From the NCBI GenBank assembly GCA_034520945.1, contig JAXHNB010000001.1, forward strand, positions 192,001-256,000: a stretch of 64,000 bases of DNA. The letters run 5' to 3'. This document shows, piece by piece, positions 9,052-19,375 of the stretch. This DNA comes from Trueperaceae bacterium. Its GTDB lineage: Bacteria > Deinococcota > Deinococci > Deinococcales > Trueperaceae. The notes under the pieces are model-generated. The model was not told the DNA's origin. It did not search any database and worked only from the letters and a program-made list of their open reading frames with translations. The stretch's first letter is position 1, and each line of letters starts with the position of its first letter. The translations under genes were made by a program, and so were the position numbers.

Positions 9052-11423
9052 CGCCCGGCGGCGGGGGCCTGCCGCCGGCCCTCTCGCTCCTGGTCGGCCC
9101 GCCCGGCTCGGGCAAGACCACGCGCCTGCTGGCCGAGGCGCGCGCGGCGGCGTCGGAGGGTGCGCGCACGTGGTGGGTGGGCCTGCCCGCCCAACGCGGG
9201 CACGTGCTGCGCGCCGCCACGCGCGAGGGGCCGCTGCTCGGCCTCGAGTTCCTCACCCCGCAGCAGGTGGCGTACCGCCTGCTCTCCAACGCGCGGCGGC
9301 TGCACCCGTTGTTGACTGGCACCGGCCGCCTGGCGCTGGTGGGCGAGGCGCTGATGGAGGACCGCGACGACCCGCCCAGCCCCGGCGAGGCCCGCCTGTT
9401 CGCCCGCGCCATCGCCGAAGCCAAACGGCACGACGTGCCCGCCGGCCGCCTTCCCGGCCGCGACGACGAGACCGCCCGCCTGCGCCGCGTGTTCCACGCC
9501 TACGAACGCCTCAAGGCAGACGCCTGGGACTACGACGATTTTCGGCGGGAGGCGGTGCACCTCCTGGAAGAGGGTCCCCCGGCAGCCGTGGAGCCGGACA
9601 GGGTGTTCGTCGACGGCCTGCGCGAGATCGGCCCGATGGACCTTCGCTTGATGCGCGCCTTGGCCCGGCACGCGCCGGTGCGCATGGCGTTGGCGCTCGC
9701 CCCGCCCCACATGGCGCCCGACGAGACCCTCCCGCCGCGCGACGACGTCGAGATCCGCGCCCATCACTTCGCCAACCCGGTGGCCGAGGCGCGCTGGGTG
9801 CTGCGCGACGTCAAGGCCGAACTGGCCGCCGGGGCGGACCCGCTGGACCTGGCGCTGATCGTGCCGGAGGGAAGCGCCCCGGCCTATGTCACGTTGGCGG
9901 AGGAGTTCGGGGTGCCGCTGATGGACGAGACCCCGCGCAGCGCGACCGACCGGCCGGAGGGCCGCCGGCTGTTGGACCTGCTGGAACTGCCCGACCACCC
10001 CACCGCCTCGCGCCTGCTGGCCGTCCCGGCGCTGCACGCCCTCGGCGTGGCGGCGTTGGACGCCGGGGTAGCCGGCCGAGACGCCATCACGCGCCTGGCC
10101 GACGCGCACGGCCACGGCGCCATCTGGCGTGAGTGGCTGGCGCGCCTGGAGGTGCCGCCCGAGCCCAGGCCGTGGGCGGAGGCGTTGGTGGACGAAGCGC
10201 TGGACGCGGCCCGCGCGGCGCGCGGCGCCGAGCGCGGGACGCGCACGCGCGCGGAGACGCAGTTCCGCGAACTGGCGCTGCAGCGCCTGGGCGAGGCGCG
10301 CCGCGTGGCGCACGGCCCCCACGTGCGGGACTGGTGGGCGGCGCTGCTTCAGGACACCACGCCCCTCCGCCGCCCCGAGGCCGGCGTGGCGCTGCTGACC
10401 CAGGTGCAGGCCAGCGGCCGCCGCTTCGCCCACGCCTGGGTCGCGGGCGCGCGCGAAGGCGCCTACGGCAGCGGCGAACGGGAGGACTACTTCGTGCCGG
10501 AGGAGGCGCGCTCCTTGCCCGAGCGCGCCTACCGGGCGGCGGTGCTGCCGCGGCGCTTCCAGGGCCGCGACGCGGGCGCCTTCGCCGAACTCCGAACGCG
10601 CGGCGACGTCACCCGCGTCAGCTACCCGCGCGGCGACCAGGGGGGCCGCGTCGCCCCCGAGCCCGCCCTGGTGGGCGACGCGCCCGAGGCGGCGCCGGTC
10701 CGCCCGGCCGGCAGTCGCTTGGAGGGGCCTGGCCGTGCGCCGTACCGCCCCCCGGAGGGGCCGGTCGACCTGGGCCCGCCGCGCGTGGAGGCGCTGGGCC
10801 GCTACGCCCGCTGCCCGTTCCGTGCCTGGGCGGAGGCGCGCCTGGGCGCGCGCGACGAGGACGAGCCGCCCGCCTGGGTCCGGCTCGTCCGTGACCTTCG
10901 CGCCCGCAGCCGCTGGACCGCCGCCGACCTTCGGGCCCTGGCCCCCGACCACCCCGAGGCGGCGGCGTGGCTGGACGCGCACGCCGACACGCTGGCGGGG
11001 TTCACCTTCGGCGTGCACCTCCGTGACGAGGAGAACGGCGCCGAGGCGCGGCTGGACGCCGCCCGCCGTGAGGACGGGCGGACGGTGCTGGTGCGGTTCA
11101 CGGCGCCGGGCGAGGTCGCGACGCAGGAGGAGGCGCGCGCCGTGTTCGAGCGCCACGGCCGCGAGGCCTGGGCGGCGGCGCACCTGCTGCGCCGGCACGC
11201 CGGTGCACTCGGGCGGCTCCAGGTGTGGGCCTGGCCGTTGTCCGGTCCGCCCGTGCCGGCTTTGCCTCAGGCGGTGCGGCGACCGGACGGGGTCATGGCG
11301 CGGACGCACCGACAGATCGCAGCGGCGGTGCCGGGTTGGCGCGCGGGGGACGTGCGCCCCACCCCCGGCTTCGTGTGCCGCGACTGCCTTGTCTACGACG
11401 TCTGCCGGGAGGGACGCCGGTGA
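9048..11423 (+). CDS. addB: AddB/RexB-like subunit (P-loop plus Fe-S nuclease-like domain), 791 aa
   Basis: GTG start overlaps the yyaL stop; GPPGSGKT; E-A-R-W-V-x-x-x-V-K; C-terminal CPF...CRDCxxxxxC four-cysteine staple; lies directly upstream of a UvrD-nuclease fusion. Confidence 0.8.
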   Translation: MTPGGGGLPPALSLLVGPPGSGKTTRLLAEARAAASEGARTWWVGLPAQRGHVLRAATREGPLLGLEFLTPQQVAYRLLSNARRLHPLLTGTGRLALVGEALMEDRDDPPSPGEARLFARAIAEAKRHDVPAGRLPGRDDETARLRRVFHAYERLKADAWDYDDFRREAVHLLEEGPPAAVEPDRVFVDGLREIGPMDLRLMRALARHAPVRMALALAPPHMAPDETLPPRDDVEIRAHHFANPVAEARWVLRDVKAELAAGADPLDLALIVPEGSAPAYVTLAEEFGVPLMDETPRSATDRPEGRRLLDLLELPDHPTASRLLAVPALHALGVAALDAGVAGRDAITRLADAHGHGAIWREWLARLEVPPEPRPWAEALVDEALDAARAARGAERGTRTRAETQFRELALQRLGEARRVAHGPHVRDWWAALLQDTTPLRRPEAGVALLTQVQASGRRFAHAWVAGAREGAYGSGEREDYFVPEEARSLPERAYRAAVLPRRFQGRDAGAFAELRTRGDVTRVSYPRGDQGGRVAPEPALVGDAPEAAPVRPAGSRLEGPGRAPYRPPEGPVDLGPPRVEALGRYARCPFRAWAEARLGARDEDEPPAWVRLVRDLRARSRWTAADLRALAPDHPEAAAWLDAHADTLAGFTFGVHLRDEENGAEARLDAARREDGRTVLVRFTAPGEVATQEEARAVFERHGREAWAAAHLLRRHAGALGRLQVWAWPLSGPPVPALPQAVRRPDGVMARTHRQIAAAVPGWRAGDVRPTPGFVCRDCLVYDVCREGRR

Positions 11424-14209
11424 GGGTCCGCGTCGCCTCGGCCGGGACGGGGAAGACCACCAGCCTGGTGCGGCGCTTCCTCGAACGGATCGGCGAGGGC
11501 GAGCCGCTGCGGCGCATGGCGGGGGTGACGTTCACCCGCAACGCCGCTGCCGAGCTGCGCGCGCGCGTCGGCGAGGGGCTGCGCGATCTCTTACAAGATG
11601 GCAGCTACCTGGGCGGCCTCGTCACCCTCGACCCCGCCGCCCGCCCTCGCTACCAGGAGGCGCTGCGCGAGTTGGACGGCGCCACGCTCACCACCATCCA
11701 CGGCTTCATGTCGCTGGGTCTGCGGCTGTCCGCCCCGCTGCTGGGGCTCGACCCCGACTTCACCGCCCTGCCGGAGTGGGAGGCGCAGGCGATCTTCGAG
11801 GAGGAGTTCGAGGCGGTGCTGCTGGTTGCGCGCGATCCCGACCACCCGCTCCACGAATCCGCGGCCCGCATCGGCGAACCGGCGCGCCCCTGGGCGCAGG
11901 CGGTCTTCGCCCAACGCTCCTTGGCGGAACGCTTGGCGCCCGGCCCGGGCGACGCGCGCGCCGCCGACCTGCTGGCGCTGTATCAGGAGGCCTACCCGCG
12001 CGTGCTGGCGCGCCTCGGGGCGACGCGCGCCTCGCCGGCCGAGATCGAACGGCGGGCGCTGCAACTGGTGCGCACGCCCGGCGCGTTGGCGCGCCTGACC
12101 GCGCGGGCGCCCCGGGTGGTGGTGGACGAGTTCCAGGACGTCAACCCGCTGCAGGGCCGCTTCTTCGCCGCCCTGGAGGCGGGCGGCGCGCAGGTCGAGG
12201 TGGTCGGCGACCCGAAGCAGTCGATCTACGGCTTCCGGCAGGCGGACGTCGAGGTGTTCCGCACCGCGTTGCGGACCGGCGAGGTGCTGGCGCCCCTGCA
12301 GGAGAGCCGCCGCCATGCGCAGGTGCCGGTCCGCTTCCTGAACGCCTTGACGCGTACGTTGGCCGCCCGCGAGTGGGGCTTCGTGCAGGACGAGGCGCCC
12401 GAGGTGCGGGCGGCGGGCGCCCAAGCTGACGTGCGCGGCCGGGTCGAGGTGCACTGGGTGCGCGGCGGGCCCGCGCTGGGGGCGCTGCGCCCCCGCGAGG
12501 CGACGGTGCTGGCCGAGCGCCTGGCCGAGGCGCACCGGGCGCACGGCGTGGCCTACCAGGACATGGCGGTGCTGGCGCGGACCTACGCGGGCCTGCGCAC
12601 CGTCCGCGCCGCGCTGCGGGCGCAGGGCGTGCCGGCCGTGCTGCTGCAGGGGCGCGGCTACTACCAGCGCAGCGAGGTGCGCGACCTGGCGCATGCCCTG
12701 CGGGTGGGGATCGACCCGGCGGGCCCGTCGTTGCCCGCCTGGCTGCGTGGGCCGTTCGGCGGGCTGACGCCCGGTGAGCTCGATGCGACATTCATGGCCG
12801 AGGACCCGTTGGCGCACCTCGAGGCGGCCCATCCGGCGGTGTGGGCGCGCCTTCAGCGCATGCGCGCGGCGGCGCAGGAACCCCCGTTGGTGGCGCTCCG
12901 GACCTTGGTCCGAACGCCGGTGGCGGAGGAGGTGCGCATGGTGGACCTGCTGTCGGTCGAACAGCGCGAGAACGTCGACGCCTTGCTGTTCTCGGTGGCG
13001 CAGCAGCCGCCGGGCGAACTGGAGGTGCTCCTGGAGCGGCTGGACCTGTTGTCGCGGCGCGGCGAGGCCGGCGACGTGCCGCAGGCCGGCGAGGGCGTGT
13101 CGCTGCTCACGGTGCACGCAAGCAAGGGCCTGGAGTGGCCGTGGGTGGCGGTGTACGACCTCGGCGGCGGCGGGCGGCCCCGCCCGGCCCCGCTGTACCT
13201 GGAGGAGGGGCGGCTGCACCTGCCGGGCGGCCCCGGCTTCGAGGCGGCGCGCAGCGCCGATGCCACGCGGCAGCGCCAGGAGTCGTACCGCATGCTGTAC
13301 GTGGCCGCCAGCCGCGCCCGCGACGCGCTGATCCTCACCGGAAGCGTCACCGACCGAGGGGCCGAAGGGTGGGCCACGGCGTTGGCCGCGATGAAGCTGG
13401 GCCCCGATCGACCCCCGCGGACGCAGGACGATTTCGTGTTGGCCGTGCATCCCCCTGCGCCGGCCGAGCTGCCCGACCCCGACGAACCGGCCGGGGCCGC
13501 AGGCGGTCTTCCGGAGGCGCCTTGGACGCAACGACGCTTCGCCGCCGGCCCGTTCCCGCCGGTGGAGAGCCCCTCGCGCGTGCGGGGCGGGGTGGAAGGC
13601 GCGGCGCCCGCCGCTGGGCCGCGGCCCGACGACGAAGTGGCCGAGGCGCGCCTCGTGTCCGATCCGGCGGAGGGCGATCGCCTGCCCGGACAGGCGGTGG
13701 CGGTCGGCACGCTTTTGCACGACGCGATCCGTCGCGACGCCGATCCGACCGATCGGGACGAGATGGCGCTGCTGCGCGCCCAGGAGGTGATGTTCCCGTA
13801 CGCGCCCGAGGAGCAGGATCGTCTCTTGGCCGAGGTGCGCGAAATGCTGGGGGTGTACCGGTCGTTGCTGGGCGGCCCGTTGCCCGCCCTGGAGGCGCGG
13901 ACGCGGGACCTCCGGGAGTGGCCGGTGGTGCTGCCCGAGGGGGGCCAGGTGTGGCAGGGCCTGATCGACAGGCTGTACCTGGCCGAGGGGACCTGGTACC
14001 TGGACGACTACAAGACCGACCGCACCCTCCGTCCGGAGCGGTACGCGTTTCAGTTGGCGGTGTACCGCGAAGCCGTCCTCCGGGTGTCGAAGGTTCGGCC
14101 CGTGACGCGCCTGGTGGGTCTCCGAGACGGGGCGGTGCTGCCCTACGACAATGAGACGCTGCGGGCGGCGTGGGCGGCCCGCCGCGGGGCGGGCCGGCAG
14201 GACGGGTGA
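11420..14209 (+). CDS. addA: AddA/RexA-like UvrD helicase with C-terminal PD-(D/E)xK nuclease, 929 aa
   Basis: ASAGTGKT, TFTRNAAAE, TIHGF, VDEFQD, VGDPKQSIYGFR, TVHASKGLE, LYVAASRAR; nuclease motif GLIDRL...DYKT. Confidence 0.9.
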   Translation: MRVRVASAGTGKTTSLVRRFLERIGEGEPLRRMAGVTFTRNAAAELRARVGEGLRDLLQDGSYLGGLVTLDPAARPRYQEALRELDGATLTTIHGFMSLGLRLSAPLLGLDPDFTALPEWEAQAIFEEEFEAVLLVARDPDHPLHESAARIGEPARPWAQAVFAQRSLAERLAPGPGDARAADLLALYQEAYPRVLARLGATRASPAEIERRALQLVRTPGALARLTARAPRVVVDEFQDVNPLQGRFFAALEAGGAQVEVVGDPKQSIYGFRQADVEVFRTALRTGEVLAPLQESRRHAQVPVRFLNALTRTLAAREWGFVQDEAPEVRAAGAQADVRGRVEVHWVRGGPALGALRPREATVLAERLAEAHRAHGVAYQDMAVLARTYAGLRTVRAALRAQGVPAVLLQGRGYYQRSEVRDLAHALRVGIDPAGPSLPAWLRGPFGGLTPGELDATFMAEDPLAHLEAAHPAVWARLQRMRAAAQEPPLVALRTLVRTPVAEEVRMVDLLSVEQRENVDALLFSVAQQPPGELEVLLERLDLLSRRGEAGDVPQAGEGVSLLTVHASKGLEWPWVAVYDLGGGGRPRPAPLYLEEGRLHLPGGPGFEAARSADATRQRQESYRMLYVAASRARDALILTGSVTDRGAEGWATALAAMKLGPDRPPRTQDDFVLAVHPPAPAELPDPDEPAGAAGGLPEAPWTQRRFAAGPFPPVESPSRVRGGVEGAAPAAGPRPDDEVAEARLVSDPAEGDRLPGQAVAVGTLLHDAIRRDADPTDRDEMALLRAQEVMFPYAPEEQDRLLAEVREMLGVYRSLLGGPLPALEARTRDLREWPVVLPEGGQVWQGLIDRLYLAEGTWYLDDYKTDRTLRPERYAFQLAVYREAVLRVSKVRPVTRLVGLRDGAVLPYDNETLRAAWAARRGAGRQDG

Positions 14210-14340
14210 CCGCCTGGGATCGGCCTGGACGGTCGCGACCCGCGGCCCAGCATGACCCGCCGTGCACAGCGTGCTGCGTACTGCCCATCATTTGCCCATC
14301 GTCCGGCGTGGCGCAAGGAGGGCCCGGCTACGCTACGGGC

Positions 14341-14604
14341 ATGAACGGGACCGCCCCCGCCATCCGCGCCCGCCTCGGCGGGCACCCCGGCCAGCTCGAC
14401 CCCGGTGACGGCCACGTCCTGACGTGGCGCGGCGACCTCACGCCCACGGTGCTCTCCGACCTGCTTCGGGCCGGCAGCGAGGGACCGGTTCGCATGCAGG
14501 ACGCCGACGGGACCAACAAGCCGGTGTGGATTCAGCGTTGCTGGTTCGACCTGGCGCGCGGCCGCATGGTCGTGCAGCTGCTGGACCGCAGCATGGCCGC
14601 ATGA
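14341..14604 (+). CDS. Small hypothetical protein (87 aa)
   Basis: Fills the addA-nagA gap; TACGCT-N6-ATG leaderless signature; GC3-rich codons. Confidence 0.65.
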   Translation: MNGTAPAIRARLGGHPGQLDPGDGHVLTWRGDLTPTVLSDLLRAGSEGPVRMQDADGTNKPVWIQRCWFDLARGRMVVQLLDRSMAA

Positions 14605-14642
14605 CGCCGCCGCCGGCGCCTCGCCGGCGGTAGAATCGCGTC

Positions 14643-15827
14643 ATGATCACGCTCGAAGGCTGGATCGCGCAGCCGGACGGCATGCGGCGCGGTCGCGTGG
14701 ACCTCGGTGACGACGGGACGATCATGGCCGTGCGCGCGGATGGGCCGGCCGTGGCGGTGCCGGGCGACGACGCGGCCCGCATCCTCCCCGGGTTCGTGGA
14801 CGCGCACGTGCACGGCGGTGGGGGCGGCGACACCATGGACGGCCCAGCCGGCGTGCGCGCGCTGGCGCGGCATCACCTGCGCCACGGCACCACGACCCTG
14901 CTGCCCACCACCATCACCAACCCCTGGACCGAGGTGATGCGGGCCCTGCGCGGCGTCGCCGAGGTGCGGGCCCACCCGGACGACGCGGCAGATCCGCTGC
15001 CCGACCTTCCGGGGGCGCACCTCGAAGGTCCATTCATCAACCCCGGGCGGCTGGGGGCCCAACCGCCCAACGCCGTGCCCGCCGCGCCCGAACGGGTCGC
15101 GGAGGTGCTGGCGACGGAGGTGGTGCGCGTGGTCACGCTGGCGCCCGAGGTCGACGGCGCGATTCATGCGGCCCGCACCTTCGCCGCGGCCGGCGTGCGC
15201 ATCAGCGTGGGGCACACCCGTGCCAACGCGGGCCAGGTGGCCGATCTGCTCCGCGCCGTTCGCGGCGTGGGCGGCACCGCCGGTTTCACGCACCTGTACA
15301 ACGCCATGGGCGGCCTGGAGGGCCGCGCCCCGGACGTGGTGGGCGCCTGCTTCGCCGACCCAGGCGCCTGGGCCGAGGTGATCCTGGACGGCCACCACGT
15401 GCACCCCACCTCGTTCCTGGCCGCCCGTGCGGCCAAGGGCCCACGCCTGTTCCTGGTCACCGACGCGATCCGGGCATGTGGCATGCCGGAGGGCACGACC
15501 GAGCTGGGGGGGCAGCAGGTGCGCGTGCTGGAGGGCGCCGCGCGCTTGCAGGACGGTACGTTGGCCGGCAGCGTGCTGACGCTGGACGCGGCCGTGCGCA
15601 ACGCCACCGCCGCGGGCGTGCCGCTGGCCGAGGCGGCCGCCATGGCCGCCACCGGCCCCGCGGGCTACCTGGGCCTGGCCGATCGCGGCGTGCTACGCCA
15701 GGGCGCCCGCGCCGACGTGGTCGAGATGGATCCCGACCTGTACGTTACGCGCGTGTTCACCGCCGGACGCCCCGTGCCCGCCGCCGGACACGGTCTTGGC
15801 GGGGCCGCAGGCCGCGCGGGAGGGTAG
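14643..15827 (+). CDS. nagA: N-acetylglucosamine-6-phosphate deacetylase
   Basis: PGFVDAHVHG, HLEGPFI, TLAPE, THLYNAM, DGHHVHP, LVTDA and GTLAGS motifs. Confidence 0.96.
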   Translation: MITLEGWIAQPDGMRRGRVDLGDDGTIMAVRADGPAVAVPGDDAARILPGFVDAHVHGGGGGDTMDGPAGVRALARHHLRHGTTTLLPTTITNPWTEVMRALRGVAEVRAHPDDAADPLPDLPGAHLEGPFINPGRLGAQPPNAVPAAPERVAEVLATEVVRVVTLAPEVDGAIHAARTFAAAGVRISVGHTRANAGQVADLLRAVRGVGGTAGFTHLYNAMGGLEGRAPDVVGACFADPGAWAEVILDGHHVHPTSFLAARAAKGPRLFLVTDAIRACGMPEGTTELGGQQVRVLEGAARLQDGTLAGSVLTLDAAVRNATAAGVPLAEAAAMAATGPAGYLGLADRGVLRQGARADVVEMDPDLYVTRVFTAGRPVPAAGHGLGGAAGRAGG

Positions 15828-15837
15828 GCTCGCCCCC

Positions 15838-16878
15838 GTGCCCACAGCCGTCACCCATTTCGAGCGCGAGATCCGCGAACAGCCCGAGGTGATCCGTCGC
15901 ATCCTGGCCGACCCCGCGCCCGCCCGCGTCGGGGCGGCGTTGCGGGACGACCCGCCCCGCACGATCCTGACCTTCGCGCGGGGCTCCAGCGACAACGCCG
16001 TCACCTTCTTCGCCTACCTGGCGGGGCTCTCTCTGGGCGTGCCGGTCGCCAGCGTGCCCCCCAGCCTGGTCACCCTCTACGGCGCGGTCCTACGGCCGCC
16101 GGCCGCGCTGGCGGTCGGCGTCAGCCAGTCCGGCGAGAGCCGCGACGTGCTCCAGGCGCTCCGCACCGTCGCCGCCGGCGCCAGGACCCTCGCGATCACC
16201 AACCGGCCGAGCTCGGCGTTGGCGGAGAACGCCGACTGGGCCCTCTCGCAACAGGCCGGCGAAGAGCGCGCCGTGGCCGCCAGCAAGACCTTCACCAGCC
16301 AAATGGCCCTGTTGGGCCGCGTGGTGGCCGAATGGGCCGACGACGACGCGCTTCGCGGCGCGTTGGACGCCGTCCCGGACGCGCTGGACCTCGTGCTGGC
16401 CGACACGTCGGACGCCGACCTGGCCGCAGCGCGCCTCACGCACGCCGACCAACTGGACGTGCTGGGTCGGGGGCTGTCGTTCGGGCCGGCCCTCGAGATC
16501 GCCCTGAAGCTTAAGGAGACCAGCTACCTGCACGCCCACGCCTACAGCAGCGCCGAGTTCCAGCACGGTCCCATCGCCTCGCTCGGCGCGGGCGATCCCG
16601 CCTTGATCCTCGGCCTCTCCGACGCCACGCGCGCCACCAACCTAGGCGCCGCCGCCCGCATGCGCGAGGCCGGCGCCGACCTCACGGTGGTCACCGCCGA
16701 CCCCGAACTGCGGGCGCTCGCCAACGCCGCCGTCCCCCTGCCGGGCGGCTTGGCGGGCGTCACGGAGGCGTTCGCGCAGGTGGTGGTGGGGCAGTGGATG
16801 GCGCTCCAGGTCGCCCGGCAGCGCGGGCTGGACCCCGACGCGCCGCGGCACATCCGCAAGGTGACGCAGACACGCTGA
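15838..16878 (+). CDS. Double-SIS-domain sugar isomerase (NagB-II/GlmD-like glucosamine-6-phosphate deaminase)
   Basis: EIREQP, ARGSSDNA, SQSGES, ASKTFT, ALKLKE, AEFQHGP and KVT motifs; no glutaminase domain; adjacent to nagA. Confidence 0.85.
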   Translation: MPTAVTHFEREIREQPEVIRRILADPAPARVGAALRDDPPRTILTFARGSSDNAVTFFAYLAGLSLGVPVASVPPSLVTLYGAVLRPPAALAVGVSQSGESRDVLQALRTVAAGARTLAITNRPSSALAENADWALSQQAGEERAVAASKTFTSQMALLGRVVAEWADDDALRGALDAVPDALDLVLADTSDADLAAARLTHADQLDVLGRGLSFGPALEIALKLKETSYLHAHAYSSAEFQHGPIASLGAGDPALILGLSDATRATNLGAAARMREAGADLTVVTADPELRALANAAVPLPGGLAGVTEAFAQVVVGQWMALQVARQRGLDPDAPRHIRKVTQTR

Positions 16879-16949
16879 GTGAGGTGCGGGCGCCGCGGCA
16901 CGGGGTCGATTCGGCCGCACCTCACGGCGCGTCCGCCGGCGCGTCACGC

Positions 16950-19304
16950 CTAGCGGTCGAGCGCCTCCTGCAGCAGCGAGCGGACCGCCTTCGGGTCGGC
17001 ACGCCCGCCGGTCGCCTTCATCGCCTGACCCACGAAGAAGCCGATCAGGCCCGACTTGCCGGCCCGGTAGCTGGCGACCTCGTCGGGATGCGCGTGCAGC
17101 ACGTCCTCGATGGTGGCCTGCAGCGCGTCCTCGTCGTCCAGCGTGCGAAGGCCGCGTTGCTCCACCATCGCACGGGGATCGCCGTCCGCCTCGGCGACCT
17201 CGGCGAGGAGGTCCTTGCCGACCTGGCTGCTGATCTCGCCCGCGTCGACCATCGCCACCAGCGACGCCAGCGCGGCCGGCGTGAGCGCCAGCGCGCGCAA
17301 CGGCCGGTCGCCCTGCACGCGCGGCACCTCGTTCACCAGCCAGTTGGCCACCGAGGGCGGGGCGGGGCGGGCATCCGCGTCGCACGCCGCGTGAAACAGA
17401 GCCGTTGCGTCGGCGTCGGCGGCCAACCGGGCTGCGTCGTGCCGCCCCAGGCCCCGGGCGGACAGCGCCTCGAAGCGGGCGCGGCCATGCTCGTCCAGGG
17501 CCTCGACCGGGTCGGGCCGGGCGCCGGGATCGCCCGGGGGGTGGCGCACCGGTTCGCCCCCGGCGTCGTCGGCCGTGCGCTCGGACGCGCGCTCGGCCGG
17601 ACGCGCGGGGCGCCCCCAACGGTCCTTGAGCGTCACGATGCGGTTGAAGACCAGCCGCTCGCCCCGGCCGTCCACCGGGTCGCGCCAGAAGTAGCCTTGG
17701 CGCTCGAACTGCCAGCGCATCTCCGGGTCGGCCTCGCCCACGTACGGTTCGACGTACCCGTGCGAAACCGGCATCGACGCGGGGTTCACGACCTCGGTGA
17801 GGTCGCGGCCGTCGGCCCCCGGGTCGGGATCGGCGAACAGGCGATCCACCAGCCGAAACTCGGCGGGGCGCGCAGCGTCCGCGGCCACCCAGTTCACGAC
17901 CCCGTTCACGCGCGTCCCCTCGGGCGGCACTTCGCCGTCGTCCGCCAGGGTGCGTCCCCGCAGCCCCTGCAGCTGCCCGTCGGCATCGCGCTCGGCCTCG
18001 GTGCAGATCACGACCGGACCGTGCCGCAGGCGCACGGCGGCACCGGGCGAAAGTCGCCGCCAGCCCTTGGGCGGCTCGTCGGCGTAGTCGCTCCGTTCGA
18101 TCCACACGGTCCGTCCGAACGGAAGGCGACGGGTTCCCTCGCGCGGGACGTCGTGGGGCCACAGGCTGGCGTCGGACCAGCGAAGCGCCCCCTCGGGCAC
18201 GTCGCTCAGCACCAGCGGAACGGGGTCGATCACCGCCAGGGCGCGCGGCGCGCGGTGGTTGAGGTCGTCCCGGATGGTCGCCTCCAGCAGGCCCAGGTCG
18301 GTGCGGCTGTTGGCCTTGGTCACGCCCACGCGGGCCGCGAAGGTACGGACCGCGTCGGGTGTGACGCCGCGCCGACGGATGCCGGCCAGGGTGGGCATGC
18401 GCGGGTCGTCCCAGCCGCGCACGTACCCGCCGCGCACCAACGGCAGGAGCTTGCGCTTGCTGACGACCGTGTGGTCCAGGTTCAACCGCGCGAACTCGTA
18501 CTGATGGGGGCGGGGCGCCTCGAACAGGCGCGATACCAGCCAGTCGTACACCTCGCGGTTGTTCTCGAACTCGAGGGTGCACAGGCTGTGCGTCACCCCC
18601 TCGATCGCGTCCGACAGGGGGTGGGCGAAGTCGTACATGGGGTAGACGTGCCACGCGTCGCCGGTGCGGTAGTGGCGGGCGTGGCGAATGCGGTACAGCA
18701 GGGGGTCGCGCATCAGCATGTTGGGCGAGGCCATGTCGATCTTGGCGCGCAGGACGTGCGTGCCTTCCTCGAACGCGCCGTCGCGCATGCGCGCGAACAG
18801 GTCCAGGCTCTCCGCAGCCGGCCGGTCGCGGTACGGGCTCTCGCGGCCAGGTTCGGTGATCGTGCCGCGGGTCTCGCGGATCTCCGCCTCGGATTGCGAG
18901 TCGACGTAGGCGTCGCCGCGGCGGATCAGCGTGCACGCCAGCTCGTACAGGCGCCCAAAGTAGTCGCTGGCGTGGCGCAGCTCGTCCCAGGAGAACCCCA
19001 GCCAGGCGACGTCGTGCTGGATGGAGGCCACGTACTCCGGGTCTTCGGTGGTGGGGTTGGTGTCGTCGAAGCGCAGGATGGTGCGCCCGCCGTAGTCGTC
19101 CGCGACCCCGAAGTCGAGGTAGATCGCCTTGGCGTGGCCGATATGCAGGTAGCCGTTCGGTTCGGGCGGAAAGCGGGTGATGACCTCGCCGACGCGCCCC
19201 GCCTCGAGGTCGCGGTCGACCGCCTCGGTGATGAAGTTGGGCGCCACGATGCGGGCGTGCTGGGGCGGGGGCGCGCGGCGGACGTCGTCGCCGTCAGGAT
19301 CCAT
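16950..19304 (-). CDS. glnS: Glutaminyl-tRNA synthetase with C-terminal GatB/YqeY domain
   Basis: TRFPPEPNGYLHIGHAK, RFDDTNP, YPMYDFAH, CTLEF and QFERQGYF; C-terminal GFFVGQAMKATGGRADP. Confidence 0.96.
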   Translation of the reverse strand: MDPDGDDVRRAPPPQHARIVAPNFITEAVDRDLEAGRVGEVITRFPPEPNGYLHIGHAKAIYLDFGVADDYGGRTILRFDDTNPTTEDPEYVASIQHDVAWLGFSWDELRHASDYFGRLYELACTLIRRGDAYVDSQSEAEIRETRGTITEPGRESPYRDRPAAESLDLFARMRDGAFEEGTHVLRAKIDMASPNMLMRDPLLYRIRHARHYRTGDAWHVYPMYDFAHPLSDAIEGVTHSLCTLEFENNREVYDWLVSRLFEAPRPHQYEFARLNLDHTVVSKRKLLPLVRGGYVRGWDDPRMPTLAGIRRRGVTPDAVRTFAARVGVTKANSRTDLGLLEATIRDDLNHRAPRALAVIDPVPLVLSDVPEGALRWSDASLWPHDVPREGTRRLPFGRTVWIERSDYADEPPKGWRRLSPGAAVRLRHGPVVICTEAERDADGQLQGLRGRTLADDGEVPPEGTRVNGVVNWVAADAARPAEFRLVDRLFADPDPGADGRDLTEVVNPASMPVSHGYVEPYVGEADPEMRWQFERQGYFWRDPVDGRGERLVFNRIVTLKDRWGRPARPAERASERTADDAGGEPVRHPPGDPGARPDPVEALDEHGRARFEALSARGLGRHDAARLAADADATALFHAACDADARPAPPSVANWLVNEVPRVQGDRPLRALALTPAALASLVAMVDAGEISSQVGKDLLAEVAEADGDPRAMVEQRGLRTLDDEDALQATIEDVLHAHPDEVASYRAGKSGLIGFFVGQAMKATGGRADPKAVRSLLQEALDR

Positions 19305-19375
19305 AGCGCCCCCAGCATACATGCGGCCCCGGCGAAGCCCGCGCGCTGCGCGGCGGGGCGTTCACGGACCGAGCC

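Noticed and set aside
7374..11423. 1349-aa ORF as one giant protein
   Set aside because: The first 558 codons are an Arg/Gly/Ala-rich shadow frame over yyaL; the real AddB starts at GTG 9048
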